DNA of 64,000 nt from the human T2T-CHM13v2.0 reference genome, Homo sapiens, in the NCBI RefSeq assembly GCF_009914755.1, contig NC_060930.1. The stretch is one strand, 5' to 3'. The notes beneath the pieces are model-generated. The model worked only from the letters and a program-made list of their open reading frames with translations. It made no database searches and was not told where the DNA came from. Of this stretch, positions 12,446-25,491 are shown piece after piece (within the stretch, counting starts at the first letter, position 1; every line of letters begins with the position of its first letter). Made by a program: the position numbers and the translations under genes.

Positions 12446-13052
12446 CAAAGGAGGAGACCCCTCCTCCCAGCTTTGCTGATGCAAAATCAGTCTGGCTGCT
12501 TAGGTCTGTATCAAATGCTGCACTTTAGGTAATCCTGGTATCTTGGGCACCAGCCTCTCAAACCTTAGTCAAGTGGACCAGTTCATACAACTGGCTGGAA
12601 ACTTAGGTTCCTGGTCACCATTCTTGGAATTACTGGAACCTGAGATTCAGCTCCTTTGCAGCATTCTCTCCCCAGGCCTTCATCTACCGACTCTCAAACA
12701 TTCTATGCCTTGTCCTAAGCTGTTGGCTGGAGTCCAGCCTCTGAAGTCCCGAGCACCTGGAATCATGATTCCCCATCCTCCTGAGTTCATGGTTCATCAG
12801 CGTTTGGAAACCTTTGTCAGGGTGCTGGATCCATAGGCTGCATTGTCTTCTAGAATCACACTTGCCTGAACCCTCCCCATATTCACTCTTTTCTCATCTC
12901 CATGGGACTCTGCAATACTGGACACCAGCGTATATGCCCAAGGCCCAGCCTGCTGCTAGTCGTGATGCTCCTTCCACGGTCCTGCCCACTCACAGAAGGA
13001 CCGAAATCACTCTGTGTTCTCTGTTGATGGAAGAACAAAAAATATACTATAT

Positions 13053-13185
13053 GGGGCTCTCTCCTTTATGTCTTTCCCACACAGGTTGTATTTGCTGGCA
13101 ATGTAGTTGAGAATGGCTCTGGTCTGCATCAGCTTCATCCCGTCAATCTCAACCATTGGCACTTGCTGGAAGAACAAACTCCCAT
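13053..13185 (-). pseudogene. GSTA6P: GSTA6P exon 4 homolog
   Basis: [43 protein letters not shown], 133 nt. Donor GT>AT. Confidence 0.92.
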
Positions 13186-14175
13186 CTTTAGAAAATAGAA
13201 AAAAAAAAAAAAGGCAGAGTGAAATTTCTATGAATCCCACCCTTTCAGGATGAAAAAGTGGTTGTGGAAATGACTAAATGTATAAAATGAAAAAAAAATT
13301 GCCTGGCAACTGTTCAAATGAAATAGGAACTTATTTTTAGCTTCTGGAAGTGCTTTTTCTTATCAAGCGTTCTTTTACTTTTTATACTGTTACTTCATTT
13401 ATGTTTTTATTTCCCATCCAGCTACAGAATAGGTCGCTTGTATTGTCTGTGTTGATTTATTTTCATGATATCTTAGGAAGAAGTTGGGAGAGACTGCAAC
13501 AGGTCACCAGCCAGATGCCATTTAACATGGGAATTTCTCAAAGTAAGTCTCATGCTGTTAAAGACATTAAACACAGTTCTGAGAGAAGCTTCTATGTAGG
13601 CTCTTTGTGTGCCCTTCAATACCCCCATTAGACAGTGTGTGCAGGGCAGGCTCTGTGTTTCTTACCCCATGGCTTCTACCCTGGCTCATGTCCCTCCTCA
13701 CCCTGTGACCTGGACTTCCAACCAAGTCAACACTGTCTCATTATCTAAGCAGACAATATTGCAAAGATATCACCTTGTCAAACTTATAAGAGAAACAATT
13801 CAAAATGGACCTATTTCAACTCCTTTTGTCTAAAACATGTCCTTGCGTGTCTTTGGATGGGGTGGGCTATATGAGATCCTGAGTTGATGACCACAGCTCA
13901 CTCATGGTGCCAAAAGCAGGAAAGCAAGAAAAGGGATCCTCAGAGTGCTGGAGATGGTTCTCCAGCAAATACAAAGAGAAGTCTGGCCCTTTTTAGCCTG
14001 GAAAGAGTTGCCAGACCTGCTCTAGGAGCCCATCCTTTCCATTTTATGATTTTCTCCCTCTCCACCATCACCAACTACAACCCTACACACATGTAAGCAT
14101 TGCTGGCTGTTCAAACCTCCCTGTGTACCTTCTACTAGATACCCTCCTCAGAGGCACTTAGAGACTTGATCTTAC

Positions 14176-14227
14176 TATTTCTTAACTTTTCCAAATCTTT
14201 TGCAGATTCCAGAAATTTCTCTTCAAA
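14176..14227 (-). pseudogene. GSTA6P: GSTA6P exon 3 homolog
   Basis: [17 protein letters not shown], 52 nt. AG/GT intact. Confidence 0.9.
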
Positions 14228-14904
14228 CTGGAAGCAGAAACAGTAAATGGGCTCTTATTAATTCATTCCATAGCACTGTAGACCTTTAACCTTGAATGGC
14301 TTCTGTCTGGTACATAATTTGGAAAATATAAGATTTCTGAGCTTGGCAGAGCACACAGAGGAGGCTGGTGGTGGCCATTTTGAAATTTACACTAGATCAT
14401 CGAGAAAAGGGCATGGATCACAGCACATAGTTGCTCAATCTTCTAGTTCACTTTACTTCCACCTTGATGGCTCCCATGTCCATGATTAGGTCATGATTTG
14501 AGAGGGGATGTCACTGCAGTTAAAGGATCATGCAGTTCTTCTAATTATGATGTTGTCATATCTTAGGAAAGCATATGTCTCTGAGTGAGATCAGACCACA
14601 ACCTTTGTGACCCCAGCATGGGTATGCCATAGGCCAGTGGCCACCAAAGATTCTGCCACCAAGGGCCCTCTGCTATAATTTACATCAGCTTAGTTTGTAG
14701 GAGCCCTGCTAAAGTTGAAATAGGTCATAGCTGTTGCACAGTTATAACTCTTGCAATTATAATTTTCCCTCCTGGAGAATATGGGACACAATAGAATAGA
14801 ATTCTCAATTTCAGGAAGGAATTAAAGTCCCCACAGTAACATTATTTTTAATGAAAATCTCTGGCTTGTGACATGGCTGTGTGGGTTTAATATCACTGTT
14901 GTCA

Positions 14905-15080
14905 TGTCCTGGCTTCTTGACTTTGGACACATTGTTAAATCTCTCTGTGTCTCAGTATCCTAATCTATGAAATGGGAATACTTATGGTACCTATGTTATA
15001 GGTTGGTATGAAGATTAAATTTCAAAGTCATGCAAAGCACTCAGAAAAGTAGCAAGTGTGTAAGTGCTCATTAAACATAC
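14905..15080 (+). mobile_element. MIR relic in intron 2
   Basis: ctctgtgtctcagtatcctaatctatgaaatggga...gaagattaaat...aagtgctcattaaa MIR core. Paralogs at ~39760-39930 and ~62130-62300. Confidence 0.65.
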
Positions 15081-16435
15081 ACTATTAGGATTCTGAAGTA
15101 TGGCTGCTATTTCATATCATCCTTAAAAAAATTAAATCAATCTAATATTGATGAAAATATACTCTATTGCTGATCTATATCAGTGATTTAAACTTTGAAA
15201 TAAATCACACCTTGTCCTGAGTGTAGTCACTTTGGTTGGAATGGCAGCCAGCAATAAGGCTGTCTCAATCTGATCAGAAGCTCTGAGTGGATGCAGGTAT
15301 TTAATACAACTATGAAAACCAGTTATTGCATAACAATGCAGTTGACTTAATAGGCAGAATCTATAAAAATAAAAGTCAAAGTAGACACTTACCAAGATTT
15401 CCTGTATTTCACTGTTGATATGATCTGGTACCAATCTTGACTCTGCCTCAAAATAGCTGTGTGATCTGGGAATCATCACTTAACATCTTCAAGCCTTAGT
15501 TTCCTCATCTGCAAAATGGGGATAGAATATTTTCTTAAACAGAATATTGTAATGTTTTCAAAATGCATGATACAGGGCCTGACCCGCGTGCATCAACATC
15601 AAGTAATAAATGGTAGTTGTGTTTGCAGTGGTTACTTATAGTTTAATGGAGTTCTTTACGGTGAAAGTTCAGGAATTTGGGGGTTTCTAGCTTGCTCCAT
15701 GGAACAGTTTGTTGTGGATCTATGATCGCACAGGACCAGGATGTGGAGATCATGGGGGGTGTGTGCCAGCAATTAATAAAGCGTCCAATTCAGGACAAAC
15801 CTAAGGAACGGTGGGTGGTCCTGGCAGGAGGGTGACCGAGGTGGGGTGGGATTGGCAAGTGGGATGTGCTTGTGAGGCTGAGGACTGGGTTGTGATCATC
15901 AGCCTTAGGGCACTGAGACCCCAGAAGCCTGAGCAAGGTCTGCAGTCAGCCCTGCCCCCGCCTTCAGTCAAGCTGGTTGGAGGCCAGGGAGTCTGGGTTC
16001 CTCCCAGCCTTGCCCCTCCCTCCCTCCTGCTGAACTCTTCCTACCCGGGCTCTGAACACATCCCTGAGCTGTAGAGCTGATGTCTGGGTGACAGGGTATT
16101 CATTCGTACAAAGAAAACAACCTGGAATGGCAGTGTTTGGATTTCTTGTGTGCTTATTTCTTCATAGGATTGAGAAAGGGTGAGGCTAAAGTCCCAGGCC
16201 CTCGTGAAGCAATGAAGAAAGTGCCTTCCCAAGGTTCAGGCCCACACGGCGCTGTGAGGCTGAAGGGGCGCGCTAGAACTTCCTTTCACAGGATGCCACC
16301 TCACCTGAAACCCTCCTTTTCGGCTGCCACCCGAGGGACAAGATCTCCTGAGTCTGTCCATGAGTTACCCCGAGGAAAACCCTCAGGCAGCCCCTGAGGG
16401 ACTCTGTTCTGGACTTGGAAGTGTTTTTCTCAGTG

Positions 16436-16454
16436 ACACCTCTAGAGGGCAGCA
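16436..16454 (+). promoter_or_regulatory. Predicted CTCF site in GSTA6P intron 2
   Basis: ACACCTCTAGAGGGCAGCA fits the CTCF core CCASYAGRKGGCRS with one tolerated mismatch. Identical copy at 41226-41244. Confidence 0.6.
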
Positions 16455-16907
16455 CTCAACGGAGTCCCACAGACACCTCCCAGCATTTCCTGCTCAAACA
16501 CTGGAAGGATGACCTGGTAACGCTGGGGACTGCTTGGGTGTTCTCCTGGAAGCTCCTGGTTTTAATCACCTGTTTACTTGTCTCCATTCTTATAGGTATG
16601 TAGGCTACTCGAGAGCAGGAACTGAGTCTGTCTTGTTCACTGTCTATCATCAGAACCTCACACAGCACCTGGCACTTAGTAGGTGCACAACAAAATAATC
16701 ATCGAATTAATATACTCAGTCTTTAACAGGTTATTTGTTATAATCCACTGCCTTCCACCTCTCATGTGTGGTATGCATTTTAACTTTACATTCACTTCCT
16801 GATATACATTTTATCCCCTTATTACATAAATTTCTAACATGTATAAAAATAACACAAAAGTATCACGACCTTCCTTGTATTCCTCTCATAGAATCAGTAA
16901 CTACCAA

Positions 16908-17530
16908 TGTTATTGAAAAGAGTCAAACTCTGTAAAATATTTGGAGATTTATTCTGAGCCAAATATGAGTATCTAGTGCCTGAGATACAGCCCTCAGGAG
17001 ATTCAGAGACCGTGTGGTCGAGGTGGTGAGGGTACAGCTTAATTTTACACATTTTCAGGAGACATGAGACATCAATCAAATATATATAGATGTACATTGG
17101 TTTGGTATGGAAAGGAGGGATACTGGAAGTGTGGGTTTCCAGGTTGTGTGTAGATTTAAAATTTGTCTGATTGGCAGTTGGTTGAAAGGGTTAAGTTACT
17201 ATCTAACCACCTGGAATCAATAGAAAGGAATGTCTAGTTTAGGATAATAAGGGGTTGTAGAGAACAAAGTTTTACCCTGCAGATGAAGCCACCTGGTAGC
17301 AAGTTTCAGAGAAAATGATTGTACTTGTTTCTTATCAGACTAAAAAAGTTTGTTCTGTTAGTAATTCCAAAAGAGATGAGGTATAATGAGGCTTGTCCAA
17401 CCCCCTCCACTTCCCATCATGGCCTAAATTCATTTTTCAGGTTAGCTTTGGAATGACCTTGCTGAAAAGAGAGATCCATTCAGATGGTCAGAGTGAGGGA
17501 GGGAGCTTAGAATTTTATATTTGGTTTACA
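16908..17530 (-). mobile_element. MER4A-type solo LTR (ERV1)
   Basis: TG...CA ends. 4-bp TSD CCAA (16904-16907 / 17531-17534). Minus strand starts tgtaaaccaaatataaaattctaagc. Empty site in GSTA5 at ~41700. Confidence 0.82.
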
Positions 17531-20500
17531 CCAACTAAAGCCAATGTGTTTTCATATACATGCCCACCCACTTCCCCCATCTTGTAATAATGTAAGGAAA
17601 TCCCAAATACCGTATATTCCATCCTTAGATACTTCAAAGTGTTTCCCTAAAACATAAAAACTATGATTCCAGCAAACCAGTCTCAGATTCCAGCAAACCA
17701 GTCTCATGTGCCCATTGGTTAAATGTGACCATTCTCGCCATGCTAAGAGGTGCGAGTATGTGGTAATAATGAATGTAGGGAAGTTAGTGGGAAGAGGAAG
17801 AATTCAAGAACTAATATTTATTGAAAACTTTCGACTGATCCTTCCTTCCCCAATGCTAGTCTCTTTCAATATGTTATATCTTGACTCCTCCTTATAGTCC
17901 CATGAAATGCTTGTTATTATCTCCATTCCTTAGTTAGTGAAATGGAACATCAGAAAAGTTAAATGCAATGTCCGCTATCACACTCCACGTGGTGATGAAC
18001 TTGAAAATCCACACCCAGGACGAAAATGAAGGTAGGCCTAGAACCCACCCAGGTGAAGGCCCTGAGAACCCATGAAGTGGCTGTGAAACCAGAGGATGTC
18101 ACTGACAAGGAGGACCACCTCTTTGGCTGTTAGGCTGAATTTGATGAAAAGCAGAAATTAGGCCTCAGGCTTGCTTAACTGTAGCTCGAAGAACCAAATT
18201 CTTTCAACAGACAGAGGACCCTAATTTCTTGCTTCTTTTGGTTTTCTGTATTCCACCTCTTTGGGGTGCATTTTGTTTTATAACCTGGAGAAACATGTTG
18301 CCTCATCAACTTTGCAGGCTTGAATAGGAGATAGTATCTATTCAGCATCAGTCACACACTGGCCATTCCTCCAAATTTATCTTCATTTTATCTTACAAAA
18401 ATCACCTAAGTTGAATGTTATTATTATTCTCATTTTACAACTGGTGATACTGAGATTTTTAAAGCAACTCGTCCAGAGTAAGTGGTGAATCTGGGATTCA
18501 AACCCATTGCTATTCAAAACCAATGACTGAGCCTTATTTTCTGTTAGTGTTTCTCAAATATGTATGCTAATTTTTCAGAAAATTGTGAAAGCTACATATT
18601 TTTTAAAGAAAATAGGAAAGAATAAAAAAATACCAGAGAGCATGACATGCTGGAGAGTAAGTAATGTTTCATGAGTTTTTAGTTTCAGTTACATGTATGT
18701 TATGTGTATGGATATTTGCATGTGTGCACGTTCATTTGGCCATTGCAAATGGTTAGAGATAAATTCACTAGGGATCATCAAGGAAGTTTGTTGGCCCTTG
18801 CTCTATCCCAGCCTGCTTGGGAGGTGGAGCATAGCAGAGAACCAGCAAATGAAAACCAAGTGTACAGGGACAGGCCATAAATAATTGGATCATGAATGTG
18901 AGTGGAAACACACAGGACTCATTGAAAGCATGAGTTCCAAGACTTAGGAACAGTGGCATTTTCTCTCCAAACCCCCAACTCTGTTATAACATATTAAGAT
19001 TCTTCTTGCAAAGTTTTGTGGTCATCGAGGTTGATACATTTGTACAAAAATATACTTGTCTTTACCAACAGATGTATTTCTAAAAAAGTACGTATGACTT
19101 GAATTTAGACATTAAAATCTTTTAAATGTCTATATTTTAAAATGTGGAACTCAACAGTCTAACTTTTAGAAAGTAAATAATTATTTGAAACATACTTAAT
19201 CAACTCATCTGTCTTGTAATTAGAGACTTTACACATTGCACTTTCCTCTCATTGGAAATGGAAATAGCATGATTCAGCAGAAGGAAAGGGAGAGTGAACC
19301 TCACAGAGAGTGGGGTGTGCTTCTTTAATTGTTATGGGCTAGAGTGCACAGAGTGATTCAAATCGCACACTGGCACCCTTAGCCATTACTGAGGATCATG
19401 TTTCAAAGGGAAATGAATTATTATTATCTCACATAACATTTTATAATAATGCTCTCGCTTACATGTAACATATCACCTTCACTATATGAGGTTTCCAAAG
19501 GCCAGGCCAACACTGAGGCAAAGGTTACCACTGAGCTTTGTTGGGTCAACAGAAAATGAGAACCAGAGAGGCTCGAAGATTTGCCATGGGTCACACACAC
19601 ATTCTCCTCATTCATGGTCAATATCTAGGGAGTGTGTCTACCTTCTGCAACAACCCTGGGAAACGATTCCTAATATCCTAATTAAAGATGGGCACACTGA
19701 AGTTCAGAGAGCTAAAGCGACTGGCCCACGCTGCACACTTGGTGAGTGTTGGGTCAGCTTGAACTCCTTCTGATTGCAGGTCCATAGCTTTTCTACTCCA
19801 CCCTGTAAGCTGGCTCTGCTTCTATCTGAGAAATTGTTTCATATTTTCCCATACAGACTCCATTAACCAACTAAAGATTGGAAGGGAAGGGCGAGAGGGG
19901 GACACCTGAATCTCGAGTTCCTTTCTGTTAGCAACTTTTCAGGAGCTTGATTGGAGAAAATAATAATAATAAAAATGTTTCTTTCTCTACTTTGGCAACC
20001 CTAAAAACTTAAATGAGTTGAGAACTAGTATAACTGTATTTTCCTCAACTAGAAAATGGGCTTGTTTTGAAAGGAATATAAGTGGTGAAATTCCAGTAGT
20101 AAATTAGAGTTAATTTACTCTTGGTCCCTGGGTGGTCCTAATTATTGCTTCATATCAGAGAGAAGGGAGACTGAGATAAATCACAACTCCTTCCATTATG
20201 AGGTTCATAAACTCAGTAGGCTCTTCAAATTCTGAGCTCAAGTTTCTCCTTTCAAAATAGGGATAGTTATATCTATCTTTGAGGGCTGTTGAGAAAGTTC
20301 AGTGAAATATTGTATATAAAATTTATAATAGGAACTGAATAATGAGAGTGACCTCCTGCCCCCACTTCTTGGGATGTGGATGAGTCTCTCGGAACACACT
20401 GGGTAGCACATGAGTCTCCTCTCTCTTTCTCTCTTAACCCATCAAGCTCTGGTAAAAATAAGATTTTATATATATCTAGATTTCTTTTCGAATAAGTCAT

Positions 20501-21484
20501 ATAATGAGTCTCTTTTTTTAAAGCTCCTATACAGAGATTAATGATAGTCACTGATACAGTCAACCTGGGTTAACAAAGTTTTCAGTGAAGTTTCAGGGAG
20601 GCCTGACCCATCGTTAACACAGACTTACTTAACTCCTAGACTGCAGCAGACCTGGTTCCCAGGTTGTTTTATAACCTGGAAAAACAGACGTTTTATAATC
20701 CGGAAAAAGGCTCCCATACCCTGCACCTGGTGGGCCTCTCTCCTCAGGCCAGGCCTAGCTACCACCCACTCCCTGCTCTGAGCACTGTGAACCTGTCCCG
20801 TTCCCAGGCCCACTTTGCATAAACTCCAGTGGAGTGAGAGTGAGCCTCACTGCTTCTCTCTCCAGCTATTCATAGCTCTTGGGCAGGGTCTCACTCTCAA
20901 TACTTGATGAAAATGGTTGCTCCTCTACAGCATCCTGTTCCTTACCTGAAAATGCAGACATTTTGCTAACCTTTCTTCTATTTCTTGTTTTCAGCATATT
21001 TCCTTCTTTTAAAAAGTTTCATTCAAACTGACTAACATTGATTGAGCTGTTTCGGTGTCTCAAGCAATAGTGATGGCTTGTAGCAGAAAAATATTTGGTT
21101 GGATTTGGTCTCTGCCCTAAAGTGGTTTAGATCTAGTCAGAATAACAGGCTTCTGGCCAACTGACAGAACAGAATGTGCTCAGCAGTGATTTCACTTTAA
21201 AGGATTCCTAGAAATTTCAACCCGGGAATCATGATTCTGTTAACCAAGGAAATCAGAGAAAGGGGAGAAGGCTGCCAGGCTGAGAAAACTGAGGACTCTT
21301 GCCCTTCTGCCCAGGTGGGCTCCTTCTTTCCAGGGTAGCATCTCAATCTGCAGGTTCAGTAGATTTTGTACCTCCCAAATGTCTGCCTTCCTACCCTTCA
21401 AATTAGTATCAATCCTCATTCTTGTGCAAACATTGCCTTGCAACATGCATTTCTTGTCATTTCAGTATCTTCTCACATGGGTGT

Positions 21485-23965
21485 TGTATTAGTCCATTTT
21501 CACACTGCTATAGGGACCTACCTGAGACTCGTAATTGATAAAGAAAAGAGGTTTAGTCCACTCATAGTTCTGCAGGCTGTACAGGCTTCTGCTTCTGGGG
21601 AGGCTTCAGGAAAATGACAATCATGGCGGAAGGTGAAGGGGAAAAAAGCACATCTTCACATGGCTGGCAGGAGAGAGAGAATGAGGGGGTGGGTGCTACA
21701 TGCTTTCAAACAACCAGATCTCATGAGAATGCTATCACAGGACAGCAGTAGGAGAATGGTGCTAAAACACTGAAAACCACCCTCATGATACAATCACCTC
21801 CCACCAGGCCCCACCTCCAACACTGGTGATCATAATTCAACATGAGATTTGGGTAGGGACATAGAGTTACACAATATCATTCCACCCCCTGGCCCCTAAC
21901 ATTTCAAAACACAATCATGCCTTCCCAATAGTCCTCCAAAGTCTTAACTCATTCCAGTATTAACTCAAAAGCCCAAGTCCAGAGTGTCTTCTGAGACTAG
22001 GCAAGTCCCTTCTGCCTACAAGCCTGTAAAATCAAGAACAAGTTAGTCACTTCCAAGATATAATAGGAGTACAGGCATTGGGTAAATGGTCTCATTTCAA
22101 AAGGGAGAAGTCAGTCAAAACAAAAGAGCTGCCGGCCTCATGCAAGTCCAAAACCCAGCAGGGAAGTCATTACCTCTTAAAGCTTCACAATAGTCTTCTT
22201 TGACTTCTTTGACTCTTTGTCTCACATCCAGGCCATACTGATGCAAGGGTGGGCTCCCAAGGTCTTGGGCAGCTCTGCACCTGTGGCTCTAGACAGTACA
22301 TTCCTTAGGCTGCTTTGACTGGCTGGTGTTGAGCACCTGCAGCTTTTCCAGATGCATTTTGCGAGCTGTTGGTGGATGTATCATTCGGGGGTCTGGGGTA
22401 CAATGGCCCTCTTCTCATAGCTCCACTAGGCAGTGCCCCAATGGAGACTCTGTGTGGGGGCTCCAACTTTTCCCTTCCCCACTGCCCTAGTAGAAGTTCT
22501 ACATGAGGGCTCCACTCCTGCAGCAGGCATCTGCCTGGCCATCCAGGTGTTTCATTAAATCTTATGAAATCTAGGCAAAGGCTCCCAAGCCTCAACTCCT
22601 GCTCTCTGTGCACATGCAGGGTTAACACACATGGAAGCTGCCAAGGCTTCTTACAGCTTGCACCTTCTGGAGCAGTGGCCTCAGATGTATCTGGGGCCCT
22701 TTATAGCCATGGTTGGAGGTGAAGCAGCTGGGACACAGGATGCCATGTCTCGAGGCTGCACAGAGCAGCAGGGCCCTGGGTTTGGCTCACAAAACCAGTT
22801 TTCTCTCCTAGGCCTCTAGGCCTGTGATGGGAGGGGCTGTCACAAAGCCCTGGACATGCCCTGGAGACATTTTCCCCATTGTCTTAGCTGTTAACATTTA
22901 GCTACTTTTGCAAATTTCCAAACTTTTGCAAAAGGAACAGTATGTTAATAACTAAGACTTTTGCAAATTTCTGCCACTGGCTTGATTTCATCCCCTGAAA
23001 GTGGGATTTTCTTTTCTATCACATGATGAGACTGCAAATTTTCCAAACTTTTATGCTCTGCTTCCCTTTTAAATATAAGTTTCAATTGCAGATTGATTCA
23101 TTCAGATTCAATGACAGATTTCAGATCATGTCTTTGTGAACACATATGAACATGTGCTGTTAGAAACAGCCAGGCTAAATCTTGAATGCTTTGCAGCTTA
23201 GAAATTTCTTCTACCAGATACCCTAAATCATTTCTCAAGTTAAAAGTCTCACAGATCTCTAGAACAGAGGCACAATGCCACCAGTCTCTTTGCTAAGGCA
23301 TAGCAAGAGTGACTTTCACTCCCATTCCCAAAAAGTTTCTCATCTCCATCTGAGACCTCCACTGGACTTCACTGTCCAAATCACTATCAGCATTTTGATA
23401 ACAACCATTCAACTAGTTTCTAGGAAGTTCCAAACTTACCCTCATTTTCCTGCCTTCTTCTGAGCCCTCCAAACTGTTCCAGCCTCTGCTCCTTACCCAA
23501 TTTTAAAGCTGTTTCCACATTTTCAGGTATCTTCATAGGAATGTCCCACTTTTCTGGTACCAGTTTCTTGTAGTAGTCCATTTTCACACTGCTATAAAGA
23601 CATACCTGAAACTGGGTAATTGATAAAGAAAAGAGGTTTAATCAGCTCACAGTTCTGCAGGCTGTACAGGCGTCTGCTTCTGTGGAGGCCTTAGGAAACT
23701 TATATTTATGGTGGAAGGCGAAGGGGAAGCAAGCACGTATTTACATGGCTGGCAGGGGAGAAAGAGAGTGAACAGGAAGGTGCTACACACTCTCAAACAA
23801 CTATATCTCATGAAAACTCTATGAGAAGACAGCACTAGGGTGATGATGAGAAACCATTAGAAAACACCCCATGGTCCAATCACCTCCCACCAGGCCCCAC
23901 CTCCAACACTGGGGATGACAATTCAGCATGAGATTTGGGTGGGGACACAGAGCCAAACTATATCA
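21485..23965 (-). mobile_element. Complete MST (MSTA/B-type MaLR) element: LTR 21485-21879, internal region, LTR 23569-23965
   Basis: Two homologous ~395-bp LTRs (tgtattagtccattttcacactgctata...tatca) flank ~1.7 kb of MST-int sequence. 5-bp TSD GGTGT (21480-21484 / 23966-23970). Confidence 0.9.
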
Positions 23966-24177
23966 GGTGTCATATTTTTTTCCTGTGAATTATTTTATAG
24001 CCTGGACAGGTCTTACATCTGGATCCAAAAGGAGGACATCACTGAAGCTCCTAATCTTTCCTTTACATTTTTCCCCACTATTAAACATTTATTCCAGGAC
24101 ATTGTTGACTTATATTCTAATGGCACCATATATATTAACTGGGTTCCTTTAGGTGCATTTTAAAAACTAGTTATAAG

Positions 24178-24482
<305 letters not shown>

Positions 24483-25491
24483 TTATATGCTGCAGTAATT
24501 ATTTAGTTATTCTATCAGCTTCTGAATTTTAATACTTGAGAAGTCATGTAGTCTGCAGATTCCAAACCAGAAAATATTTTGCTCCCATAACCCAGAGGAC
24601 ATTCAGAATATCTGGAGTCATTCTTGGTTGTCACATCAAGGCAGAAGGTGGTGGGTAGTGCTTCAACATAGGTAGGTGGAGGCCGGTGATGCCTTGGAAC
24701 ATCCTATCATGAACAGGACAGCCCCTGCACCCAAAGAATTACCCATCCCAAGGAGTGCCAAGGGTAAGATGAGAGACTTTTCCTTAGCCATTTTCAAGGT
24801 TTGCTGTGAGTTGGTTGAACCCTAGAGAATGTGACTTGTCATCTAGCTAATTAGTGGGAAAGAATGAATCAGATTCTAGTTTTCCTGACATTCAGAAACT
24901 AATTTATTCCTATTATAAATCAACCTTAATTTTGAATTTTCACAGCTATAAAGTATTACAGTTACTTATATACACATTGTGTCCCTACTAAATTGTGAGG
25001 TTCCGAAAGAGCAGAGAGGTCTCACAGTATGTTTAACACAGTGTATTGCACATGGTAGTATTACAATATCACTGATACTTGGATAGATCACACAGCAATG
25101 CTAGACATTTTAGCAGTCACAGAGATTTCTATAATTTCATCTTTTGAACTTACTTGAGAAAATCAAATGATATAGAAAAAATTAAATACAAAAATTAAAT
25201 AATAGATTCAAGATAATGGATCAGCCAATCCTGATTATCAGACTCAATTTTCTACAATTTCACAGAATAAATAAAGATATGGGTGTGGCTCACTGAGTAG
25301 ACCCAGAAGGACTAAGGAAGGAGGAATTTGGAAAAAGCAAGGTTATCAGGCAAGTGTTCAACTGGGCAAAGGACAAGGATTAACAGATATTTGTTGAATC
25401 AGGAAACTGAAAATTCACAATAAGGGCCATTATTGTTTTTGATTTTGTTAGTCACTAATCTAGGTCATCTTGCTTTATAGAACTAATAGTT

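Noticed and set aside
15811-16603. ORFs apparently conserved with 40604-41336
   Set aside because: Antisense to intron 2, with non-ATG starts and frame-breaking indels between copies. The similarity reflects the DNA duplication or conversion block.
20660-20900. Faint resemblance to GSTA intron 5 / exon-6 acceptor (acctggaaaaacag, cccaggccc, ctcttgggcag) plus a short 24-nt-period duplication
   Set aside because: Only short scattered matches and no exon peptide recoverable. A formal alignment would be needed.
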